Source: Eledone cirrhosa
Taxonomy: Eukaryota
Assembly: GCA_964016885.1 (NCBI GenBank)
Contig: CAXHJY010000860.1
Coordinates: 186,001-250,000, forward strand
Direction of reading: 5' to 3'
Length of the DNA: 64,000 nt
Position 1 is the stretch's first letter. Each line of letters begins with the position of its first letter. The notes beneath the pieces were generated by a model, which worked only from the letters and a program-made list of their open reading frames with translations, made no database searches and was not told the DNA's origin. The position numbers were made by a program, and so were the translations under genes. Shown here in pieces: positions 50,750 to 64,000 of this stretch.

Positions 50750-51958
50750 ATACATGTGCATACACAGACACACATATATGCATATATATACATATATACG
50801 CACACACACATACACATATATATACACAAATATACACACACACACACACATATATACACACATACATACATATATATATATACGCACACACACATACACA
50901 TATATATACACAAATATACACACACACACACACATATACACACATACATACATATATATATACGCACACACACACACATATATATACACAAATACACACA
51001 CACACACACACATATACACACATACATACATATATATATATATACGCACACTCACATACACATATATATACACAAATATACACACACACACACATATATA
51101 CACACATACATACATACATATATATATATACGCACACACACATACACATATATATACACAAATATATACACACACACACACACATATATACACACATACA
51201 TACATATATATATATATACGCACACACACATACACATATATATACACAAATATACACACACACACACACACATATACACACATACATACATACATATATA
51301 TATATACGCACACACACATACACATATATATACACAAATATACACACACACACACATATACACACATACATATATATATATATGCACACACACATACACA
51401 TATATATACACACACACACACACATATATACACACATACATACATATATATATATACGCACACACACATACACATATATATACACAAATATACACACACA
51501 CACACATATACACACATACATATATATATATATATGCACACACACATACACATATATATACACAAATATTCACACACACACACACATATATACACACATA
51601 CATACATTTATATATATACGCACACACACATACACATATATATACACAAATATACACACACACACACATATACACACATACATATATATATATATGCACA
51701 CACACATACACATATATATACACAAATATACACACACACACACACACACATATATACACATACATACATATATATATATATACGCACACACACATACACA
51801 TATATATACACAAATATATACACACACACACACATACATACATATATATATATACGCACAAACACATACACATATATATACACAAATATACACACACACA
51901 CACACACATATATACACACATACATACATATATATATACGCACACACACACACACACA
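50750..51958. repeat. CA/TA compound microsatellite with higher-order period of about 75-85 bp
   Basis: Recurrent TACGCACACACACATACACATATATATACACAAATATAC anchors. Confidence 0.85.
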
Positions 51959-52519
51959 GAGAAGGCGGCATCCTCCCCGCCACCCCAATCCCAGCTAAAG
52001 CCTAAACTCCAAAAAAAAAAAAAAAAAAATGAAATTATAAAAATTAAAATAAAAGTGAATAGACGCGGGGGAAAGGGTTCGGGGAGGGGGGGGAGAGGTC
52101 TGCGGCGGCTCGGTGGAGTTGTGAAGGTGGGGGTGCTTGGCTAGGGGTGGTGGTGGGGGTGCTGCTGGATGCCGAGAAGATCCTGTCAGTTGCGAACAAT
52201 AGATAATAAAGTGTCTTGCATATCGGAACATCGTGGAGCAGAGCACGCATGCGCAGGACGGCCGGCACGAGAAAGATGGTGGGTGGTTGGTTGGGTGGCG
52301 GTGAGGAGCAGGAGGAGGGAGTCATTATGTAGGGTGGGCGTGGGGGGGGGGGGGGGTAAGGGAGGAGGAGATGGTGGTGGAGGAAGGGATAAAATGAATT
52401 GGAGGTTATGTGTCTGTGTGTGTGTGTGTGTGTGAATGTGTTTAAGTGTATGTATGTATGTGTGAGTGTGCGTGTGTGAGTATTACGGAAAGGGTCCTTC
52501 CACATACCCGAACACAACG

Positions 52520-52768
52520 CTGCCACCACCACCACTACCACCACCACCATTACTACCACCACAACCACTACCACCACCACCACTACCACCACCACCACCA
52601 TCATTACCACACAGATAACAGCGTGAGAAGAAGAAGGCAAATAAGAAGAAGAAGAAAAAAAGAAGACAAAATAAGAAGAAAAAGAAGACAAAAGAAGAAG
52701 ACGGAAGAAGAAGAAGAAGAAGAAGAAGAAGAAGAAGAAGAAGAAGAAGAAGGCAGAAGAAGAAGAAG

Positions 52769-52800
<32 letters not shown>

Positions 52801-53130
52801 GAAGAAGCCAAAAGAAAAAGTAGGGAAAAAGAAGGGAAAAAGAAGAAGAAGCCAAAAGAAAAAGAAGGGAAAAAGAAGAAGGGAAAAAGAAGAAAAAGAA
52901 GAAAAAGAAGGCAAAAGAAGAAGAAGAAGAAGAAAAAGTAGAAGAAGAAGAAGAAGGCAAAAGAAAAAGAGGGGGAAAAGAAGAAGAAGGGAAAGAAGAA
53001 GAAGAGGTCAAAGTGCAAGTGAGAGGCTGACGAGGAGAAATGAGATAGAAAACAGAATGAAAGACAATATATAAATATATAACAACAACAACAACAGTAA
53101 CAACAACAATTACAATAACAGCAACAAAAA
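52520..53130. repeat. (CAC)n, (GAA)n and (CAA)n trinucleotide tracts
   Basis: Direct reading. Confidence 0.93.
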
Positions 53131-53224
53131 CAGTAGAAGCGCCCCCTGTCGACGTTGAGAAAAAAATTTGAAATCTGAGACGTGTATAAGTAAAAGATGA
53201 GATATAATATAAATATATTAGATA

Positions 53225-55553
<2,329 letters not shown>

Positions 55554-55746
55554 TTTCCGTCTTCTGCTTGTGTTATAAATTCCGATATATTACATCTTTA
55601 AACATATCTTACGTTTAAATAAATAGTTTTGGATTGTTTGGCAACGTTTACTGGAGTTTTTTATACTATACATATATACACATCCCTCTCTATATACATA
55701 CATATGTTTGTGGGTATATATTTACATATATCTCTCTCACTCTATA

Positions 55747-55777
<31 letters not shown>

Positions 55778-56119
55778 GACATATACATATACATTTGTAT
55801 ATATATAATTATATATATATATATATATAATATATATTGACATATACATATACATTTGTATATATATAGTTATATATATATATATAATTATAAATATACA
55901 AATGTATAATTATATATATATAAATGTATATAATTATATATATATATATATTTTGACATATACATATACATTTGTATATATATAATTATATATATACAAA
56001 TGTATAATTATATATATATACAAATGTATATAATTATATATATATTTTGACATATATATATACATTTGTATATATATAATTATATATATATATATATTTT
56101 GACATATACATATATATTC

Positions 56120-56160
<41 letters not shown>

Positions 56161-56415
56161 CATGCTGTCTGTAAAATGATTGACATGTTAAAGTGCCCGT
56201 TATAATGCCGTGCAACAATGGACCCGGCCTACTGCACTATGAGTTCTAACCCTGACACTCCCACCTATTCAGCTCTCAGCTACACTCTCTATAGTTTATC
56301 TCGCACCTCTTTCTACACAGCCACTACTTTCCCATTTCTCATTTCTGTGACGTGAAAGAAGGAGACGCAAGGCAACCCGAAAGCAATAAGCGCGCATGTA
56401 AATTAGTTTTTCATA

Positions 56416-56806
56416 TAATTGTTTCTACTATTGGCACAAGGCCAGCAATTACCCAGGACATTGCTTGTACTTTATTTTATCGACCCCCGTAAGGTCGCTT
56501 ATATAGGCACACGTCCAGTAATTTAGGGGGAAGGGAAAGTCGGTTAAATCAACCCCAGTGCATTACTGGTATTTTATTTTATCGACCCCCGTAAGGTCGC
56601 TTATATAGGCACACGTCCAGTAATTTAGGGGGAAGGGAAAGTCGGTTAAATCAACCCCAGTGCATTACTGGTACTTTATTTTATCGACCCCCGTAAAGAT
56701 GAGAGGCAAAGTTAACCTCGGCGGGATTTGAACTCAGAATTGCAAGGGCCGTAACTCTATGCGTCAAAGCATGGCATCTGACCCTCTACCGATACTGCCA
56801 ATCCAC
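56416..56806 (-). mobile_element. SINE family A with internal tandem duplications of about 107 bp
   Basis: GTAAGGTCGCTTATATAGGCACACGTCCAG...TTTTATCGACCCCC repeated. Confidence 0.85.
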
Positions 56807-56815
56807 TATAATACG

Positions 56816-56971
56816 GAATACTCAACCATACATCTGTTAATAGGTGAGTGTATGTATACAGGGTCTCTCAAATCGATTTCGACGCGGTTATGGCTTTATG
56901 AAATAGTTAGAGACTTTGAGAGACCCTATATACATACACTTACCTATTAACGGATGTGTGTTTGAGTATTC
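56816..56971. repeat. Fold-back inverted repeat (about 55-bp arms)
   Basis: GAATACTCAA..TGTTAATAGGTGAGTGTATG..GGGTCTCTCAAA mirrored; CTGACGA follows. Confidence 0.7.
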
Positions 56972-57453
56972 AACTGACGAAGGAAGCCTTAATGTAACTT
57001 TAAAGCCAAGAGAGTGACACACCATATGAGGTATGTGTATTAATTATTCGTACATACAAACCCCGTTTACAATATGGTTGTATATTTGTCAACTACTAGG
57101 GCCATAAGGGCTCCCGTACACACCTACATATATATTGATACATGTATATATGTGTATAGACAAATATGTCATACATACCACTCTCACCAAGCGTGAAACT
57201 AATAACATCATGTAACATTTACTCAATTGTTTGTATGTCTATTGTTATTTTGAATGTATGTATGTAATAATATATATATATGGACATATCGTAATAATAA
57301 TAAATTTGAAGACTAAAATCCAAAGAGGACTCGATAAGGATAAATATATATCAAATATATAAGAATCGTAGAGCAAATATTTATTAAAATAACAGATTAA
57401 ATGTTAAGCAAAGAATCGCTGCTTGCACACTTAAACTTTAATCTGTTATTTTA

Positions 57454-57565
<112 letters not shown>

Positions 57566-58175
57566 AGTAAGTATGTTTTGAAACAGTGAGCGAGTTTGAA
57601 TTAGAAAATATATAGCTTTCACCTTATTTTTAACTAAAGGAATTTTAGCTTGATTACGGGGTTCAGAACCCTCAGATAAATGGAAAAAGATGAGTATTGA
57701 CGTACATATATATATGAAAACAGGGAGAAAGAGACGATTATGAGGAAGAAAAATTTTTTTTTTCATTTTTTTTGTCTCCGTCTCTCTTTTTTCTGGGTTA
57801 GAAAATGATTAAATCGAAATGTTTTACTTTGTGTGAAGTGTTAAGGTATTAGTTGATATATTTTTATTTAACAACGGCATTTATTTATCTATTTATATAT
57901 TTAATTATTGTCTATGACCGGTTTCAGCATTTATATGCATTATCAAATGATAGTGAAATGTATTAGTGTGGTGTCGCACATGTTAAACAGAAGGTGCAGA
58001 AAGAATAATGTTATATATAAACAAGGTTTAAGAAGTGAAAAGAAAAAAGAAAAAGGAAAAAAAAAACGTGCATAATGTGGAACGTAAAAAGTTATATATA
58101 CTGTATATATATATTATTCAAAATGTTAACAAATGAAAAATATTCACATAATCAAAATATATACTTTATTATATA

Positions 58176-58845
58176 CTAGCAGTGGTACCCGGCGTTGCAC
58201 GGGATAACGTATTGTGAAATATATAACCACATTAGCTAAGCTTAGTATTGCCTCAACCACGGCTGGCAAAGAAGTAAGGGTCTGGTGGTACGTAACTAAG
58301 CAACACTGTGGCTTAAAACGCGAGGAAGAAGTTGTGTGCACTTACCAACTGTTTGGGGAATGAGTGTGAGATTTGTCTTGAGCAAGGGTGGCGGAATAAC
58401 CGGAGCAGCAGACAGCCAGACATACAGACAGATATTATAAGGACGCGTTCTGGACGCAGAGCGAATTGTAGGAAGTGATGTAATGCTGATAGCCAGACAT
58501 ACAGATAGATATTATAAGGGCGCGTTCTGGACGCAGAGAGAATTGTAGGAAGTGACGTAATGCAGACAGCCAGACATACAGACAGATATTATAAGGGCGC
58601 GACGTTATATGTATGCATCTATCTAAAAAGAGAAAGACTAAGAATTATAGAGAGAGATCGCTAAATCGCCTAATGCGGTCCCTAGGGCATTGAAAATTTG
58701 AAATATTTTTTTGGCTCAGAACACTCCCTGAAACATAAGTATTACATGTGTAAAGTTTGAAAACAGTTGGTTGGGTGGTTCTCTAGTTTTAGGGATACAA
58801 ACTCACACACACACAGACAGACATCCTCAGTTTTATATATATAGA
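58176..58845 (-). mobile_element. Non-autonomous Helitron
   Basis: Minus strand: A|TCTATATATATAAAA start, subterminal hairpin CCCGTGCAACGCCGGG, CTAG|T end; internal ~79-bp tandem repeats at 58410-58600. Confidence 0.85.
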
Positions 58846-58934
58846 TATTTCAATGGTACTGTGTTGTTTCAGTACTGCCAATACGGGAATTGAATAATCA
58901 AGACCGTAGCAGTATGTCATATATCAAATCATAT

Positions 58935-58984
58935 ATTTTGTCTGATGACACAACACAGTACCTTTGAAATATATATAATAAAGT
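58935..58984 (+). ncRNA. Hammerhead motif with degraded stem II
   Basis: ATTTTGT-CTGATGA...GAAA-TATATA-TA-ATAAAGT. Confidence 0.55.
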
Positions 58985-59490
58985 ATATATTTTGATTATG
59001 CGAATATTTTTCAATTGTTAACATTTTGAATAATATTAAAAACTCCAGGAAAACTCACTGTTGAGTGCTTCTAATCTATTGTAAAATTGTTTTCGTTGAG
59101 TCATCAACGAACCATACTAATCTTTGGTTATATATATATATATATATATAGGAACCAGTAAGACCCCGACAGCTGAGCTCAAGCCGTTTCGACGGCTAAT
59201 TCTGGACTAAATGAAAATTTAAATTTAAATGAAAACTAAATTTAAATATAAATTTTCATTTAGTCCAGAATTAGCCGTCGAAACGGCTTGAGCTCAGCCG
59301 TCGAAACGGCTTGAGCTCAGCCGTCGGGGTCTTACTGGTTCCTATTACCCACTCTACTACCTCAAGTATTGAGTACTTTGGTGCGTTATGGTCCACCTGG
59401 TTCCTTACCACATTTCCTTCGTTATATATATATATATATATATTTGATAAAGAACACAAGAGCGTTTACAACATCAACAGATTTTTATTG

Positions 59491-59535
59491 GCTTACAATG
59501 TTTCTTCCTTACGAAACCGTAGGATTCGTCAGAGC
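59491..59535 (-). ncRNA. Hammerhead ribozyme
   Basis: Reverse complement: GCT-CTGACGA-ATCCTACG GTTT CGTAAGGAA-GAAA-CATTG-TA-AGC-CAATAAA. Confidence 0.75.
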
Positions 59536-59854
59536 TATAAAAGGGGTTTGATTGGTGTTATGGACTCCACCAACCAAACATTCAAGAACAAAGAGTAAAG
59601 AGAGTAAAGAGCAAAAGCAGGGGACGATAAGTCTAATTTTGGTGCGGGAGGGTGGGGTGTGGGTCCTTGTTTACTAGCTGCGGTCATATGCATTCCCGGG
59701 AATCGAGTGGTTAGTTGAGCCATAGATGGGGTGGCGTCGATAGTAGGGTGCAGAGGCTACACACACACAAAGGGCATATAATATATATGTAACGGAGGAG
59801 AAAGTACATGAGGTAATTAGAAATGGAAAAAGAGTAATAATAATAATCTATAAT

Positions 59855-60045
59855 TAATTGTTTCTACTTTAGGCACAAGACCAGCAATTATCCCAGTGCA
59901 TTACTGGTACTTTATTTTATCGACCCCGTAAGGATGAAAGGCAAAGTTAACCTCGGCGGGATTTGAACTCAGAATGGCAAGGGCCGTAACTCTATGCGTC
60001 AAAGCATGGCGTCCGACCCTCTACCGATACTGCCAATCCACTGCC
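59855..60045 (-). mobile_element. SINE family A with TSD-like TAATAATCTATAATTAAT
   Basis: Family match; flanking duplication. Confidence 0.9.
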
Positions 60046-60157
60046 CGTAACTATAATAATCTATAATAATCTATAATTAATAATGTATAATAAGGCATGG
60101 GGAAGATTACACTATAATAAGGTATAAAAGTAAGAATAAGGTAAAATATAAAGGAGG

Positions 60158-60204
<47 letters not shown>

Positions 60205-60299
60205 AGAGTAAGTTAAACAATGTTTCACTTTTTTATTGTTTTTGTTTTGATATGCACTCTATTTTCCTGCTATTAATGTTCTCCCTCTAAGGAAGATTA

Positions 60300-60677
60300 T
60301 TGGCAGTATCAGTAGAGAGTCGGACGCCATGCTTTCCAGCATAGTTACGTCCCTTTACGATCTGAGTTCAAATCCCGTCGAAGTTAACTTTGCCTTTCAT
60401 CCTTACGGGGTCGATAAAATAAAATACCAGTAATGTACTGGGTAATTGCTGGCCTTGTGACAAAAGTAGAAACAATTATTTTTATTATTATTATTGGATT
60501 GGCAGTATCGGTAGAGAGTCGGACGCCATGCTTTCCAGCATAGTTACGTCCCTTTACGATCTGAGTTCAAATCCCGCCGATGTTGACTTTGCCTTTCATC
60601 CTTACGGGGTCGATAAAATAAAGTACCAGTAATGTACTGGGTAATTGCTGGCCTTGTGCCTAAAGTAGAAACAATTA
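60300..60677 (+). mobile_element. Two head-to-tail SINE family A copies
   Basis: 60300-60480 and 60496-60677. Confidence 0.9.
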
Positions 60678-60999
60678 ATTTTATCTCTCGCTCTTTTAAG
60701 TTGTGAAATAGATTGGTTCTCTACGCACACAGCTGACACTTTACAGCTCGCTGCTATATCGCTCTATAATGGATAATCGTATTTAAAGTCCGTTAAAGGT
60801 TCTTGGCACTACCATTGTTACTATCGCTTACCTCTAGCCATGGGACTTGGAGACATGAACCGAATGCTACCATTCTAGTATACATCGATGTGGACTGCTA
60901 TTTCTAATAGCCATCTTTTCACCTCTTAATAATTTGTGTGTGAGACACGTTGGCTGAGTGCTTTTGACGGGAACGAAAAGATTGGTTTTCTATTCTCCA

Positions 61000-61140
61000 C
61001 CGTATGTTGATGCCCTAAGGACATACACTGGTCTGTTGGAGACGCAGGACATGGCAGCAATGAGGGACAGAGACCGCTGGAGAGAACTCGTAAAGTTTGT
61101 AAATCGCTGGAGAGAACTCGTAAAGTTTGTAAATCGATGG
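61000..61140 (+). mobile_element. RTE-clade LINE 3' fragment
   Basis: YVDALRTYTGLLETQDMAAMRDRDRWRELV; 30-bp duplication at the end. Confidence 0.75.
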
Positions 61141-61512
61141 CTAGTTGAGGGACAGAGTCGTATTGGGTGCCAGCTGCTAATCGCTTTACCGTGTCGGTTG
61201 TCACAAACACTCATGACGGGAATGGGCTAGTGTTTGGATTCTGTCGATCGATTGGTTATTGATTAGGCGATACCCGCTGATGAAGCGGCATAAGCCGATT
61301 GTGCATTGTTGCATTGTTGCATAATATATGCAGACGAATGGTGCAGCCGAAACGCAAGAGTGGCAACTATTATAGGCACCCGTTTTACGTGTGTTGTATT
61401 GAAGCGAATAACTTTGTGTATACTCTGGGAATGTATCTTACATTGGCCATGGAGTACGCTGAGATACAACTGGTACTGGCATTGATAAATATGCTGGGTC
61501 CGTCAACACATC

Positions 61513-61543
<31 letters not shown>

Positions 61544-61603
61544 AAGAGAGAGAAAGAGAGAGAAAGAGAGAGAAAGAGAGAGAGATAGCGGAAGAAATTT
61601 CGA

Positions 61604-61656
<53 letters not shown>

Positions 61657-61670
61657 AATATATATATATA

Positions 61671-61887
61671 AAGGATCGATCGACTTTCGTCAAATCGGAC
61701 CGAGGAAGCAATGTTTCCGTTGGTCTTTCCAGTTGCTAATACTCTCTATTGGTCGCAACTCCAGGTAGAAGGAGCAACGTGAAATAAAGTGTCTTGCTCA
61801 AGGACATAACGCATCGCCCGGTCCAGGAATCGAACTCACAATCTCACGATTGTGAATCCAATTCTCTAACCACTTAGCCACACGCCT
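61671..61887 (-). mobile_element. SINE family B
   Basis: Family match. Confidence 0.9.
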
Positions 61888-61888
61888 T

Positions 61889-61943
<55 letters not shown>

Positions 61944-62167
61944 ACAATTAAGTTAAAGATGTACATCCATATATGTATACTGAAATACTAGTATGTATAT
62001 GAATACACACACGTATACATATGTAGATGTACCAAGTTTTTTCACTGGTTGCTTTACTGTGAGCACCCAGCTATTCTGTATGTAAACACACAGACAAACC
62101 GGTTTTTAGAGTCATACTGGTTTTTGAGGAAACACCTTTCCTCTATTCTCCAGAAAGCCAGACAAGG

Positions 62168-62212
62168 AATATTGAACTAGTTTCGTTGTTGTTACAACTC
62201 ATCAGCAATATT
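62168..62212 (-). ncRNA. Minimal type I hammerhead ribozyme
   Basis: Reverse complement of the 62697-62741 motif. Confidence 0.9.
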
Positions 62213-62696
62213 TACCTATCTTCCGGCCTCTCTAGAGAATCGTAAAAGCACATATCGTTATATGCTTTTTCTATGAAAATTAGTAGTGGGCAGACTAATT
62301 TGCATAGAGTGTGAGTAAGTACCGGTTCAACGGAGACGATAAAAACAAATAACGAAACGAAATTAAACTTCGTTTCGTTTGTAACTCACTTTTGTATGAC
62401 TGACGCTTAAACAATTAAGTTAAAGATGTACATCCATATATGTATACTGAAATACTAGTATGTATATGAATACACACACGTATACATATGTAGATGTACC
62501 AAGTTTTTTCACTTGTCACTTTACTGTGAGTGGCCAGCTATTCTGTATGTAAACACACAGACAAACCGGTTTTTAGAGTTGAACCGGTACTTACTCACAC
62601 TCTATGCAAATTAGTCTGCCCACTACTAATTTTCATAGAAAAAGCATATAACGATATGTGCTTTTACGATTCTCTAGAGAGGCCGGAAGATAGGTA

Positions 62697-62741
62697 AATA
62701 TTGCTGATGAGTTGTAACAACAACGAAACTAGTTCAATATT
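62697..62741 (+). ncRNA. Minimal type I hammerhead ribozyme
   Basis: AATATTG-CTGATGA-GTTGT AACA ACAAC-GAAA-CTAG-TT-CAATATT. Confidence 0.9.
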
Positions 62742-63163
62742 CCTTGTCTGGCTTTCTGGAGAATAGAGGAAAGGTGTTTCCTCAAAAACCAGTATGACTC
62801 TAAAAACCGGTTTGTCTGTGTGTTTACATACAGAATAGCTGGCCACTCACAGTAAAGTGACCAGTGAAAAAACTTGGTACATCTACATATGTATACGTGT
62901 GTGTATTCATATACATACTAGTATTTCAGTATACATATATGGATGTACATCTTTAACTTAATTGTTTAAGCGTCAGTCATACAAAAGTGAGTTACAAACG
63001 AAACGAAGTTTAATATCGTTTCGTTATTTGTTTTTATCGTCTCCGTTGAACCGGTACTTACTCACACTCTATGCAAATTAGTCTGCCCACTACTAATTTT
63101 CATAGAAAAAGCACATAACGATATGTGCTTTTACGATTCTCTAGAGAGGCCGGAAGATAGGTA

Positions 63164-63208
63164 AATATTGCTGATGAGTTGTAACAACAACGAAACTAGT
63201 TCAATATT
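63164..63208 (+). ncRNA. Minimal type I hammerhead ribozyme
   Basis: Identical motif, +467 bp. Confidence 0.9.
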
Positions 63209-63630
63209 CCTTGTCTGGCTTTCTGGAGAATAGAGGAAAGGTGTTTCCTCAAAAACCAGTATGACTCTAAAAACCGGTTTGTCTGTGTGTTTACATACAG
63301 AATAGCTGGGTGCTCACAGTAAAGCAACCAGTGAAAAAACTTGGTACATCTACATATGTATACGTGTGTGTATTCATATACATACTAGTATTTCAGTATA
63401 CATATATGGATGTACATCTTTAACTTAATTGTTTAAGCGTCAGACATACAAAAGTGAGTTACAAACGAAACGAAGTTTAATTTCGTTTCGTTATTTGTTT
63501 TTATCGTCTCCGTTGAACCGGTACTAACTCACACTCTATGCAAATTAGTCTGCCCACTACTAATTTTCATAGAAAAAGCATATAACGATATGTGCTTTTA
63601 CGATTCTCTAGAGAGGCCGGAAGATAGGTA

Positions 63631-63675
63631 AATATTGCTGATGAGTTGTAACAACAACGAAACTAGTTCAATATT
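63631..63675 (+). ncRNA. Minimal type I hammerhead ribozyme
   Basis: Identical motif, +934 bp. Confidence 0.9.
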
Positions 63676-64000
63676 CCTTGTCTGGCTTTCTGGAGAATAG
63701 AGGAAAGGTGTTTCCTCAAAAACCAGTATGACTCTAAAAACCGGTTTGTCTGTGTGTTTACATACAGAATAGCTGGCCACTCACAGTAAAGTGACCAGTG
63801 AAAAAACTTGGTACATCTACATATGTATACGTGTGTGTATTCATATACATACTAGTATTTCAGTATACATATATGGATGTACATCTTTAACTTAATTGTT
63901 TAAGCGTCAGTCATACAAAAGTGAGTTACAAACGAAACGAAGTTTAATATCGTTTCGTTATTTGTTTTTATCGTCTCCGTTGAACCGGTACTTACTCACA

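Larger units (their letters stand above)
61941..64000 (+). mobile_element. 467-bp tandem array with one HHR per unit (non-LTR retrozyme-like); first 638 bp inverted
   Basis: Units start at 62579, 63046, 63513, 63980; 61941-62578 is 1.4 units in reverse orientation. Confidence 0.88.

Noticed and set aside
62664-62846. Repeated 60-aa ORF in the 467-bp unit
   Set aside because: Short, antisense to the HHR, start differs in B units, no recognisable domain

Overview
Repeat-saturated animal genomic DNA from a draft assembly, with a 200-N gap at 46659-46858. The tRNA-head SINE families point to an octopod cephalopod (inference). No host protein-coding gene can be supported; nearly all listed ORFs are translations of (TA)n/(CA)n/(GA)n microsatellites. 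Real content: two 5'-truncated Penelope-like retroelements (PLEs; RT plus GIY-YIG) and a third GIY-YIG fragment; about 20 type I hammerhead ribozyme (HHR) motifs in PLE-type terminal repeats and fold-back mini-elements; two SINE families; LINE 3' fragments (RTE-, CR1- and Ingi/Vingi-like); a non-autonomous Helitron; a Tc1/mariner-type MITE; and several minisatellites, some derived from SINE or LINE sequence. The most notable system is a 467-bp tandem array (61941-64000) with an intact HHR in every unit, an inverted 5' segment and A/B alternation. A divergent 455-bp relative with the same architecture lies at 17590-18387. Together they look like a cephalopod family of non-LTR retrozymes (ribozyme-bearing, probably circular RNAs mobilised by PLE machinery) with a conserved octamer-containing hairpin. 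All structures were read by eye; no folding or database search was run, so novelty is untested.
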